Source: Myxococcota bacterium
GTDB taxonomy: Bacteria; Myxococcota_A; UBA796; GCA-2862545
Direction: 5' to 3'
Assembly (NCBI GenBank): GCA_039208735.1
Contig: JBCCQY010000037.1
Span: 1 to 64,000 of the forward strand
DNA length: 64,000 nucleotides
The translations under genes and the position numbers were made by a program. Each line of letters opens with the position of its first letter. Within the stretch, counting starts at the first letter, position 1. This document shows, one piece after another, positions 26,500-35,431 of the stretch. A model generated the notes under the pieces. It did no database searches and had not been told where the DNA came from. It saw only the letters and a program-made list of their open reading frames with translations.

Positions 26500-27594
26500 T
26501 TATTGGAGAGGCCCTTCCTCAGCCGAGGACGCGAGGCCGATGGCGTCGAGGCGACCGTTCAGCGCCGTCAGCTGTTGCGACAATCGTTCATCTAACGAAA
26601 GCACGGCTGCGGTGGTCTCCTCCTCCCGGACCAGCACCGAGGTGAGCGAAGCGGTAAATACGCCAACGACCACAATGCCCACAATGACCAGCCCGGCGGT
26701 AAGAAGTCGGCCCGCCAAGGTCATCGGATTGCGTAGATCGGCAAAGCCCCCTGTCACCACCGTCGCAAAGCTCCACCAAAGGCTGTCCGTGGGCGTCGCA
26801 TTGGCACCCGGGGTTCCGCCCTCAAGCCCCCAAATGCCAAACGCACCCAAAATCAGGACCGCCACCAAGCCCACAAAACTACGACGCAGCATCTGCATGT
26901 TGAACGTCGTGAGCAAGGGCGTCATGCCCCGGGAGAAGAAGTAGACCACCCGAAACACGCGGAGGAGTCGAACCACCCGCAACAGCCGAACGAGTCGCAC
27001 CACCCGCCCGGCCCGCAATGGGGACGTTGGTAGCGGAATCGAGGTGACCAGATCGAGCCAATGATGACGCCAGAACCACGAGGAGGACTGGGCTAGCCGG
27101 AGTCTCCACCCAAAGTCGCCGATGAACACCATGCACGCGCTGACGTCCACCACGTCAAACCACCAGTTCGTCTGTGGGTCGAGCTGCACGAACGATTCAA
27201 TACCGAGCAACCCGACCACGAGCACGATGAGCGCGCTTAGGAACGCCTCGTACAGACGTAGGCGGCCAAGCGACCCCAGCTGCTCGATTTGACGGTCGAT
27301 GAGCCTGCGCTCGTGATGCGCATCGACGACCAGACGGCGGGACTCCTGAACCTGCTCCAACCGACGCAGCGCATCTTGGCCTCGCGTACGAGCCCGTTCC
27401 CAGGCGTCCCAATCCCCAGCGGCCAGGGCCTCATCGGTGGCCCGTGCCGCAGACTCGGTCTCGAGCATTCCTGCGGCCGAACGTCGCTCGAGGGCATCTT
27501 CAAAGGCCTTCAGTCGGTCGGAAGGCAGATCGATGAGCCGGCGATGCAGCGTCTCACGAGCGGCTTCCAAGCGGGCGTCGAGGGTCGAGAACAC
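26500..27594 (-). CDS. 6TM voltage-gated-type cation channel with N-terminal coiled coil
   Basis: S4-like RAGRVVRLVRLLRVVRLLRVFR; pore helix DSLWWSFATVVTGGFAD; S6 GRLLTAGLVIVG. Confidence 0.88.
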   Translation of the reverse strand: MFSTLDARLEAARETLHRRLIDLPSDRLKAFEDALERRSAAGMLETESAARATDEALAAGDWDAWERARTRGQDALRRLEQVQESRRLVVDAHHERRLIDRQIEQLGSLGRLRLYEAFLSALIVLVVGLLGIESFVQLDPQTNWWFDVVDVSACMVFIGDFGWRLRLAQSSSWFWRHHWLDLVTSIPLPTSPLRAGRVVRLVRLLRVVRLLRVFRVVYFFSRGMTPLLTTFNMQMLRRSFVGLVAVLILGAFGIWGLEGGTPGANATPTDSLWWSFATVVTGGFADLRNPMTLAGRLLTAGLVIVGIVVVGVFTASLTSVLVREEETTAAVLSLDERLSQQLTALNGRLDAIGLASSAEEGPLQ

Positions 27595-27653
27595 AGCACG
27601 GGCTCCACACGTAAGGTCGCCCCTCTATCCATGCCCTCCAGTAAAGCAGCGGA

Positions 27654-30600
27654 TCATCTTAGGAGCCTTCGCGTCACCAGCCGGTGGGCTACCCGCATTT
27701 CCCAGGCCGTCGGCGCGTCCTTGAGAAGCTGATCGGCCCGGGTACGCACTTCTTTGGTCTCCAAGCTGCCGAGCGCGAGGGCATGAGCAAGCTCTGCGAA
27801 CCCTTGGAGGCTCGCCATCGCGGGCTCCAGCGGCTCGTCGGGAAAGTCCTTCAACCAGGCCCAGGTCCGCTCCGCCTCCTCGATCGCGCCCCGCTCGCTG
27901 TTCAGCCAGGCGTGAAGAATGCGAAAGACGCGTTCGCGGTACGGACGAGGCTCGGGACTCATGACCGTCAGCGCCTCATCAATGTCGGTCGAAGCCTCGG
28001 CGAGCCGACCGTCCAGGTGACCGATCATCGCTCGGGTCATGAGGGTCGCCGCTAACAGATTGCTTCGTTCCAGCGCTCTTAGGGCCGCCACGTCGCGGTC
28101 TGCCCAATACCGTGCTTGGTCGAAATCGCCGCGCTCCGCAACGAGCTTGGCCAGCAACCGTCGGTACGACGTCGCAATCAGCGAGAGAGGAGCAGAAGGG
28201 CCGTACCGTTCGTCAAACTGCCGGACCTGCTGAAGGTAATGGTGAGCGCGTTCCAGTTGACCAGCACCGAGGTGCACCGCGCCCAGTTTCGTCCAACACG
28301 TGGCCAGAATCCAATTCGGGGAGGTCAACACTCGTTCCGCCGCGCCTCGGAAGGCCGCGAGGGCTTCGTCGCGTCGACCGGTCCGTTGGTAAAGGCCGCC
28401 AAGCATAATCAAGCATTCGCACTCGGAAAGCGATGAACCCATCTCTCGAGCCGCCGCCAACGCAGCGAGGGCGTCGGGTTCGAGCGAGGTGGCCACCTCG
28501 CCGGGCCTTGGCACATGGAGGGCGGCGTAGACATGCGTGATGAGTAAAGAAGCTCGGTTCCGAGGTCCGGCTCGCCAGGCGTTCGCTCGGGCTCGATCCG
28601 TGCGGTCTCGAAGGCGCGACACGTCCCGAGCCCAGAGGTGACGAATCTCCCAGTTGTCGATGCGCGCCTGTTCGTCGGGGTCCGGCTCGGGCGTGGTGAG
28701 TCGAATGGCGTCCAACATCATCTGGGCCTCATCGGTCTTGCCCACCTCGGAAAGCACCACCACCATGGCCCATCGCAACGTGTGCCGTGCGTCATCCGAA
28801 AGCGTGCCCGCCAACAACGCTCGAGCCTGATCCAAGACCGGGTCGTTGGGACCCAACCCCGCCATGCCCCCGGCCAATCGGATCTCGAGCAGCGCCACCG
28901 CGATGGTGCTTGCCGCATTGAGAACTTCAGGAAAGCGCAGGGTGAGCGCCAATTCGACCGCTCGGACGAGGTTCGGAAACTCCTGTTCAATAAAGCGGAA
29001 TGCAAGTGTGGGTTCGGGCCCCCACAGCAACCCAACATAATGGGCACTCAGCGTCGCAAATCCCTGAACGAATGGCCGCACCGCGGGGCTGGCCGGGGCT
29101 ACCAAGGTGACGTAGGCCCAAACGGCCTCGTAGAGCCGAAAGCGTTGTCCCTCGGCCGAACGCGTGATCAGGGAGCGCCGCAACAAGCGGGCGACCACCG
29201 ACTCGGAAGGTCCAGTGGCCCCCAACACCTCCGGCAGGGTGTCCAAAGTAAACCCACCGCGAAACCACGAGAGCTGAACGAGATGTTCACGATCGACGTC
29301 GGTGAGGAGCTTCCAGCTCACTTCGATCGCACCGGTCATCGTTCGTTCCCGAGACCCCGCATCCTGAGGACCATCCGATAGAGTTCCCAGAAACTCCCGA
29401 TCGAGACGTTCAACCAGTTGGGCGACCGACAACACCTCGAGAGGTCGGGCGGCAAGTCGAATGGCCAGGGGCAAGCCATCGAGTCGTTCGATGAGGGGGT
29501 GAAGGACCTCGGGAGGGCCTGCGTCGGGAGCCAAGGCTTGCAACATCGCCACCCCGTCTGTAGGCGCGAGGGGGGCCACTTTGAAGACGGACTCTGCACG
29601 CAGCCGTAGCGGCTGGCGAGAGGTGAGGAGCAACGTCAACTCGCTCGCCGCAGTAAGCCAATCGCCGATGGCCGATGCACAATCGTCGACGAGGTGCTCG
29701 AAGTTGTCGAGAACCATCAGGACGCGACCGTGTCGACCCACCCCCGCGAGCGCCGAAGCCAGCTGCGATGAGCTTGAACGTGGCTGCCCCAACACCCGCC
29801 CAATGGCCTCTACAACGTCCGCTTCACGATGCGCGGACGTCAAGTCGACCACCCAGATCCCTCCAAGCCACCGCGGCCCCAAGCGCTCGGCAATGCGCAG
29901 GGCCAGGGAGGTCTTGCCCACGCCCGGCGGACCGGTGATCGTCACGAGTCGCCGCCCCTGCTCCAAGTGTTCGATCAGTGCAGCTTCCTCTTTGGCACGG
30001 CCGAACAGCGGACCCAACCGGCCGGTCACGTTTCCGCGCCGCCGACATAGCCGGTAGCCGGCGCCTCGCTTGCCCTCGATGGCAGGCTCAGCATCGGAGT
30101 GACCAAGCTTTACCCTCAAACGCTGGATGGTTCGCTCTGCGGCACGGGTACGCAGGGTGGCGCGGTATCCCCAGACCTCGACGAGCAGCTCTTCCCGAGA
30201 AACGAAGTCCTCGGACCGGTCGGCAAGGTAATTGAGCAGACGACTCTCAAGGGCCGTGAGCGCCTGAACATCCCCCCCACGCAGCACTTCTCCCCGGTCC
30301 AGATCGACATCGCAGGATGGCAGGACGAGCCATCGTCGCGGCGACTCCGCAACCGCTTCGGGAGCCCCGGACACTGGGGATTCAGCCGGTTCAAATCGAT
30401 AGCCCACGCCGTACGCGGTTCTTAGGAGCCCCGCCGAGCCATCGTCCAGTTTGGCGCGAAGACGGCGCACCACGTGATCAACCGCACGATTGGACGCATG
30501 GCCACCCCAGATCTGTGCGATGAGTTCATCGCGCGAGACCGTCTGCCCCGCCCGCTCGGCGAGGTAGACCAACAGCTGGGTTTCAAGTTCGGTAAGGGCG

Positions 30601-30680
30601 ACCTCATCGTTCACCCCAACCACAACCCTTCGTCGAAGGTCGACGTACCCCTTTGCGGTTCGAATGCGGTCGAGTTTCAC
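27654..30680 (-). CDS. Regulator with two tandem OmpR-type winged-helix domains, STAND (NB-ARC-like) ATPase and TPRs
   Basis: Two LTxLExxLLxYLA...VSR.EL...WG...RLR.KL...GxGY units; GPPGVGKT; LDNFE; LDGLPLAI; TPR-like C-half; GTG 30680. Confidence 0.9.
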   Translation of the reverse strand: MKLDRIRTAKGYVDLRRRVVVGVNDEVALTELETQLLVYLAERAGQTVSRDELIAQIWGGHASNRAVDHVVRRLRAKLDDGSAGLLRTAYGVGYRFEPAESPVSGAPEAVAESPRRWLVLPSCDVDLDRGEVLRGGDVQALTALESRLLNYLADRSEDFVSREELLVEVWGYRATLRTRAAERTIQRLRVKLGHSDAEPAIEGKRGAGYRLCRRRGNVTGRLGPLFGRAKEEAALIEHLEQGRRLVTITGPPGVGKTSLALRIAERLGPRWLGGIWVVDLTSAHREADVVEAIGRVLGQPRSSSSQLASALAGVGRHGRVLMVLDNFEHLVDDCASAIGDWLTAASELTLLLTSRQPLRLRAESVFKVAPLAPTDGVAMLQALAPDAGPPEVLHPLIERLDGLPLAIRLAARPLEVLSVAQLVERLDREFLGTLSDGPQDAGSRERTMTGAIEVSWKLLTDVDREHLVQLSWFRGGFTLDTLPEVLGATGPSESVVARLLRRSLITRSAEGQRFRLYEAVWAYVTLVAPASPAVRPFVQGFATLSAHYVGLLWGPEPTLAFRFIEQEFPNLVRAVELALTLRFPEVLNAASTIAVALLEIRLAGGMAGLGPNDPVLDQARALLAGTLSDDARHTLRWAMVVVLSEVGKTDEAQMMLDAIRLTTPEPDPDEQARIDNWEIRHLWARDVSRLRDRTDRARANAWRAGPRNRASLLITHVYAALHVPRPGEVATSLEPDALAALAAAREMGSSLSECECLIMLGGLYQRTGRRDEALAAFRGAAERVLTSPNWILATCWTKLGAVHLGAGQLERAHHYLQQVRQFDERYGPSAPLSLIATSYRRLLAKLVAERGDFDQARYWADRDVAALRALERSNLLAATLMTRAMIGHLDGRLAEASTDIDEALTVMSPEPRPYRERVFRILHAWLNSERGAIEEAERTWAWLKDFPDEPLEPAMASLQGFAELAHALALGSLETKEVRTRADQLLKDAPTAWEMRVAHRLVTRRLLR

Positions 30681-30724
30681 GAGCCGTAGGGCTAACGTGC
30701 GCTGTGGTGGCGTTGCCGCTCGCG

Positions 30725-33034
30725 CTAGGGAAGTGCCCAATCTCCGTCAAAAATGGCGGAGAACTGCGTACCTTGATCGCGCCGATACACGAGCACGTCA
30801 GGCAGTCCACCGCGAGAAGAAATGGGATTGATGCCAAACATGTCGTACTCATGGCCTGGCGTACCGACGATCGCGGCATTCAAGCGACCATTCGCAGGAA
30901 AGACTACGAACATGACTCCTTCGTAGGTCTCGCTGCCCACGCGCAACGTGTCGCCCCACCCTACATCCACGGTTGGCTCCACCACCGATTCGGGCACCCC
31001 CACCCAGATGAGGTTGTGAGACTGCCGCAACGCATCATCGACCTGGTCGACCGTCACGCTACATGCCGAGCCCGACGCGAGGTTGGACCAAAACGACGTG
31101 AGCCAACCTGCATACTGGGCGAACGGCCCATCCGCCTCCGCATGAACGAAACAGAACGGGCTTCGCATGACCTGGGCAAAAGGTCCATGAACGTCGTGTC
31201 GTTTGCCAGACTCAGGACCCACCTCGATGGGGCCGTCCGCCAAGGGAATGGGCTCACCATCGACGGTAAGATTGGCGATGCCCTTCGCCATGAGCGCGTT
31301 GCCATCGATCGTGAGGCTGCGGGCATTGTTGGTGGTCAGCGACCAGGTGTCGCCATCGCGAAACGCGTCAATGATGACGTCGGCGCCACCATCGGTGGCA
31401 GACTGGAGGGTGACTACACTGTGGGTCGCCGAATACCCGGGAGACGGGCTGCGGAAGGAAAAGTCGAGTTCGGTGGGATCCAAGGTCCAATCCTGAATCC
31501 ACTCCATCATCGGCGGAAAGTCCACGCAGGCGGCACCCGGGGCCGGATCGCCATCCCACCAGTGTCCCGCCCCCGGCTCCTCGTGGTACTCCACGTTTTC
31601 CGTCACCTCCCGCGACAGCTCCACCATCCGACGGCCCTCGCTGACGGGAACGTTGTCGTCAGCATCCCCGTGGATGACGTAAATGCCACGCCGAGCCAGA
31701 TTCTCGAGATAAACCCTCGTGTCAGAATGGGCACGTGCCCTGGCGAATGCACCTTCGGGACGTGGCGTGTTCCCGTAGGTGTAGAAGGACTCCCATCCCG
31801 CACTGGGAGCTACCGTTGCGAAGCGTCCTGGCGTCGTCACGCCCACGTGCCACGTGCCGTGGCCTCCCATCGAATGGCCCGTCAGGTACACGCGCGTGGG
31901 GTCGGTGGCAAACCGCTCCATGGCATGATCGAGGGTGGCCAAGGCGTTGGCCCGTCCCCACTCCTCCCAATCGAACCCAAAGGGATGTCGGTTGGTGGGC
32001 GCCACCACATAGGCCCAGTCCTTCGCGCCATAAGAGCCTGACTGTCCTGCCGCTCCCACTCCCGCGCCTTGTAGCCAAAAGTTGCGCGCGTAACCCTCGT
32101 CCGGATCCAATTGGGCGGGCGCCCGCACCCCCCACGACTGTACCGAACCGTCCACGGGCGAGCGAAACGTGCGCCAGCGGTTCGCCCCATCGGCTTCGGC
32201 TCGAGCGGTAAAGGTCACCGGACGTTCGTACTTAAACGACAGGCCATCCGCGCTCACCTGCACCATGGCCATGAGTTCTTGTTCCTCGACGGTCGGTGCC
32301 TCGCGAGGAATCAGTTGGACGGGCACGTGGGTCACCGCGGCTCCCGGCAGGGTTCCCACCTCGAATTCCATGGGCTCGAACGCAGAGCCCTCCACGTCCA
32401 CGACCCGAGCGGTGACGCCGCTGAGCGCCACCGGCATCAGGTTGAGGACGGGCAACGCAATCCACTGGGCGTCGGCCTCGCCCACCACGAAGTCCACCGG
32501 CGTGACGTCCTCAACGTTGAGCCAAAGCTCGGCCGTCGTGCGCCACACTTCAACTTCGAACTCTCGCCCGCCAAATCCACGAACCGCCACCCGCGATTCG
32601 TCCTCGCGAACCGGCAGGGGAACCAGTCGATTGCGATCTCCGTAGAAGTAGCCTGGCTGGGCTACGCGACCGACCGTGAGATCGAGGGCGCGGGAGGCTC
32701 GCCCGAACAGCCGCTCGCCTGCGCTGAACGTCGTCCGTCCGACGGCCCACGCAAACGCGCCGGGATGTGGGCCTAAGGCCCCAAACTCGCCTGCCCGATC
32801 CCCCCGCCAGGTCGTACCGTCGGCATCTACGCCTTCGGACGGCCACCCGAGGGAGCCTTGCTCGATGGCCGCGCGAACCACATCGTTGCTGTCATCGGCG
32901 AGCGTCCCCACCCGCCAATTTCGAGGCGTGACGGATTCGGCCTCCTCAAACGGCCATACGGGGACGTCCCGCTCCGGAGCAACGTCTTCTGCCCCTCCAC
33001 ATGCCAACACTCCTAGGCTCAGCCACCCACGCAT
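30725..33034 (-). CDS. Lipoprotein alpha/beta-hydrolase (prolyl oligopeptidase/esterase-like)
   Basis: Lipobox VLAC; GHSMGG, IHGDADDNVP, PGAGHWW catalytic triad motifs. Confidence 0.85.
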   Translation of the reverse strand: MRGWLSLGVLACGGAEDVAPERDVPVWPFEEAESVTPRNWRVGTLADDSNDVVRAAIEQGSLGWPSEGVDADGTTWRGDRAGEFGALGPHPGAFAWAVGRTTFSAGERLFGRASRALDLTVGRVAQPGYFYGDRNRLVPLPVREDESRVAVRGFGGREFEVEVWRTTAELWLNVEDVTPVDFVVGEADAQWIALPVLNLMPVALSGVTARVVDVEGSAFEPMEFEVGTLPGAAVTHVPVQLIPREAPTVEEQELMAMVQVSADGLSFKYERPVTFTARAEADGANRWRTFRSPVDGSVQSWGVRAPAQLDPDEGYARNFWLQGAGVGAAGQSGSYGAKDWAYVVAPTNRHPFGFDWEEWGRANALATLDHAMERFATDPTRVYLTGHSMGGHGTWHVGVTTPGRFATVAPSAGWESFYTYGNTPRPEGAFARARAHSDTRVYLENLARRGIYVIHGDADDNVPVSEGRRMVELSREVTENVEYHEEPGAGHWWDGDPAPGAACVDFPPMMEWIQDWTLDPTELDFSFRSPSPGYSATHSVVTLQSATDGGADVIIDAFRDGDTWSLTTNNARSLTIDGNALMAKGIANLTVDGEPIPLADGPIEVGPESGKRHDVHGPFAQVMRSPFCFVHAEADGPFAQYAGWLTSFWSNLASGSACSVTVDQVDDALRQSHNLIWVGVPESVVEPTVDVGWGDTLRVGSETYEGVMFVVFPANGRLNAAIVGTPGHEYDMFGINPISSRGGLPDVLVYRRDQGTQFSAIFDGDWALP

Positions 33035-33083
33035 CGACAACCTCCATCCATTCCGACATCGTCGTCCAAGCCAGGGGGTGGGG

Positions 33084-33584
33084 TCAACGAACCGCGATTC
33101 GACCCATACGCCGACGCCGACCGCGTTTGATGTCGCCGGGCCGCCGGTGTGGCCCCATTCGCACCGCGACGCACTGTCCCCACCGGGCCCGCTCATGGGC
33201 CTGCCGCACCGAGAGGCAGTAGTAGACCTTTTGAGAGCATTGGTGGCAGTGTCGCACCAGCGGATCATCGGTCGGCTCGAGCATGGCCCACGCCTTTGGG
33301 CATTCAAACTCGAACTTGGGATCGCACGCATCAATTTTGGTAGGGTCAATCTTGACCAACCAGAGCAGGTCGACTTCACTCGTGAGGTGGTTCAGGCGTC
33401 GACGGACGGGTTTCGTTGCGCCAGGGTGCGCATCGGCCGCAACCATCTTGTGGAGCTGGGTTTGCAGCCGGACAATTTCGGCTCTTCCGTCCCCAGATGC
33501 CTCCAGCCAGTCCGCGTAGACGGCTCGGGTGAGGTCATCCCAGGGGTGGGCTTGGATCTGCTTCAAGAACGCTTCATGGGACAC
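33084..33584 (-). CDS. TIGR02996 domain protein with C-terminal Cys4 motif
   Basis: FLKQIQAHPWDDLTRAVYADWLEASGDGRAEIVRLQ; CPKAWAML...RHCHQC...CVAV. Confidence 0.88.
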   Translation of the reverse strand: MSHEAFLKQIQAHPWDDLTRAVYADWLEASGDGRAEIVRLQTQLHKMVAADAHPGATKPVRRRLNHLTSEVDLLWLVKIDPTKIDACDPKFEFECPKAWAMLEPTDDPLVRHCHQCSQKVYYCLSVRQAHERARWGQCVAVRMGPHRRPGDIKRGRRRRMGRIAVR

Positions 33585-33618
33585 AAGTTCAGGTTTCGTA
33601 CGGCACCTCCAAAGGAAA

Positions 33619-33645
33619 CCAAGTCCGACTTGGCTCGACTTGGCT
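33619..33645. promoter_or_regulatory. Palindrome CCAAGTC-C-GACTTGG overlapping tandem CGACTTGGCT x2
   Basis: Dyad 33619-33633; 10-bp units 33626-33635 and 33636-33645; 35-60 bp upstream of TIGR02996 gene. Confidence 0.45.
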
Positions 33646-33753
33646 GATCTGACAAGGCCAAAGTGACCATGGCGTCGAGTATGGGCACGGCTACACGCTC
33701 AAATGAGCCGACAGCGTCTGCGACCCAACCGAGCTAGCGGAGCCCGAAGGCGA

Positions 33754-35291
33754 TTAGCGCCACAGTGAACCAAGGACATATTGGTCTTCGGTATCGCTGG
33801 TGCGCGCCAGGATGTACAGCTGGGTCCCATCGATCGCGGGATTGTCGCTCCGTCGGACAGCAACCTGAATCGGCTGTCCACCCGACCACAACTCCTCGGA
33901 AAGCCCCTCATCGCCGAAGCTGAGGTCCTCATTCGAAGCCTCATCAAAGCGCTGAACTCGAAGGCCCTCCTCGATCACAAGCACACCTCGATCCGTGACG
34001 TGCACCATCGGACTTCCGGCCGCAAGCAGGCTGCGGAAGAACATTGGATCCTCCTGCCCACTCGACGTCAGGCGGAAGAGGAACCGAGGTTGTGGCGACG
34101 TGGCATCACAGTCGAACAGCGCTGTACCCAACACGAACACCCGGCCCTGCAAATCCGTCGTGAGCCGCGAGAAGTGGGAGAATCCGTCGTTGTCGTAGTG
34201 CGGCTCGCTGCCTACGCAGCTCCAAACCTCGAGTCCGGGCGATTGGTCGCAGCCCACGGGGGCGAAATTCGTCGTGAAGAGTTCCCCATCGTAGTGGGCA
34301 AGGCCTCCCGGCCGAATACAGCTGTCCGCCATCGCGACCACCCCAGACCCATCTGGGCCCATCGTCGCCTGACCCATCTCTCCGTTGTACAACCCACAAC
34401 GCACCATTTCCGTCACCATAAGGAAGCTGCCATCGTCTTGAACGAACGCCCGATTCACGCCCTCGCCCTTTGTGAATAGGGTGCAATCGGGGAACTCTTG
34501 CGTCTCGATGACCACCAGCCCCTTGGACCCGAACGTGGAATCGGGAGAACCATCCGGTAAAAGCGAGCGGCAAGGGCCGATACCTGTTCGTTGGTAGAAC
34601 TGCCCCCGAACAGCAGGAACCGCCCATCCTCAAGGACGTGGATGTCGTGGACCCACTGCTGGTCGTCCGAGACCCCAGGCCACGATACCGTTTCCGCTCC
34701 CTTGGGTTGACCCGAAGCGAGGTGGCGACGCAGCTCGAATCGTGATGTCGAGCCATCGGTGAGGGAGGACACCACGAGTACGCCTCCATCAGGAAGTGCG
34801 GCCATCCTGGGCAATTCGGCCCGGAAGCGACCGTCGGGAAGGCGCACCCGGTAGGTTCCGCGCGTGCCAAAGCCCTGATTCGGAGTTCCCGACGCTCCGA
34901 GCGTGAACAGCTCGGCATCACCCGCGTCCTCGACGATCTCAGACCCGTCAACCGTCGCCCGGCAGGTGAACGGAACCCCTTGCTGTTCACCTTCGGGTGC
35001 ACCGCGGACCGTAAGGGTCGTCGCCCCTTCAGGCACCTCGACAGAGAGCGTAAGCGGCTCGACCGTAATCCACGGCACCGCCGGGGCGGCCTCCACCACG
35101 ACCTCTCCCTGGAAGCCCGCTCCATAGGTCACCCGAACCGTCACTGACACCTCATCGTCGAGGTTGACCGCCATCGGATCAACCATGACCACCGCACAGT
35201 CAAAGCCCGCGTCACGGGTAGGGGTGATCGGTCCCCCCGAGCAGGCCGTCCAGACCAATCCCGAGACCAGCATGAGGGCGCTTTTGAACAT
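33754..35291 (-). pseudogene. Lipoprotein with delta-60-like beta-propeller repeats, split by a 1-bp frameshift
   Basis: Signal ending WTAC; adding one base to the A4 run at 34559-34562 restores ARFLPDGSPDSTFGSKGLVVIE; similar units GTPNQGFGTRG, DLSFGDEG. Confidence 0.75.
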
Positions 35292-35319
35292 CAACCTCTC
35301 CTTGGATGCGCCTTCGTTC

Positions 35320-35335
35320 AGCAAGCCCTGTGCCA
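35320..35335 (-). promoter_or_regulatory. Sigma-54 -24/-12 promoter
   Basis: Minus strand TGGCACAGGGCTTGCT = exact TGGCAC-N5-TTGC(A/T), about 30 bp before ATG 35291. Confidence 0.8.
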
Positions 35336-35431
35336 CCGGTTCTAGAGGTTGCACCGCGCCTGGTGGTCAAGGTTGTGACCAGATCGCCCGGCAACCCCCG
35401 CCGCCTTAGACTTTGCCGCGAGGATGATTCG

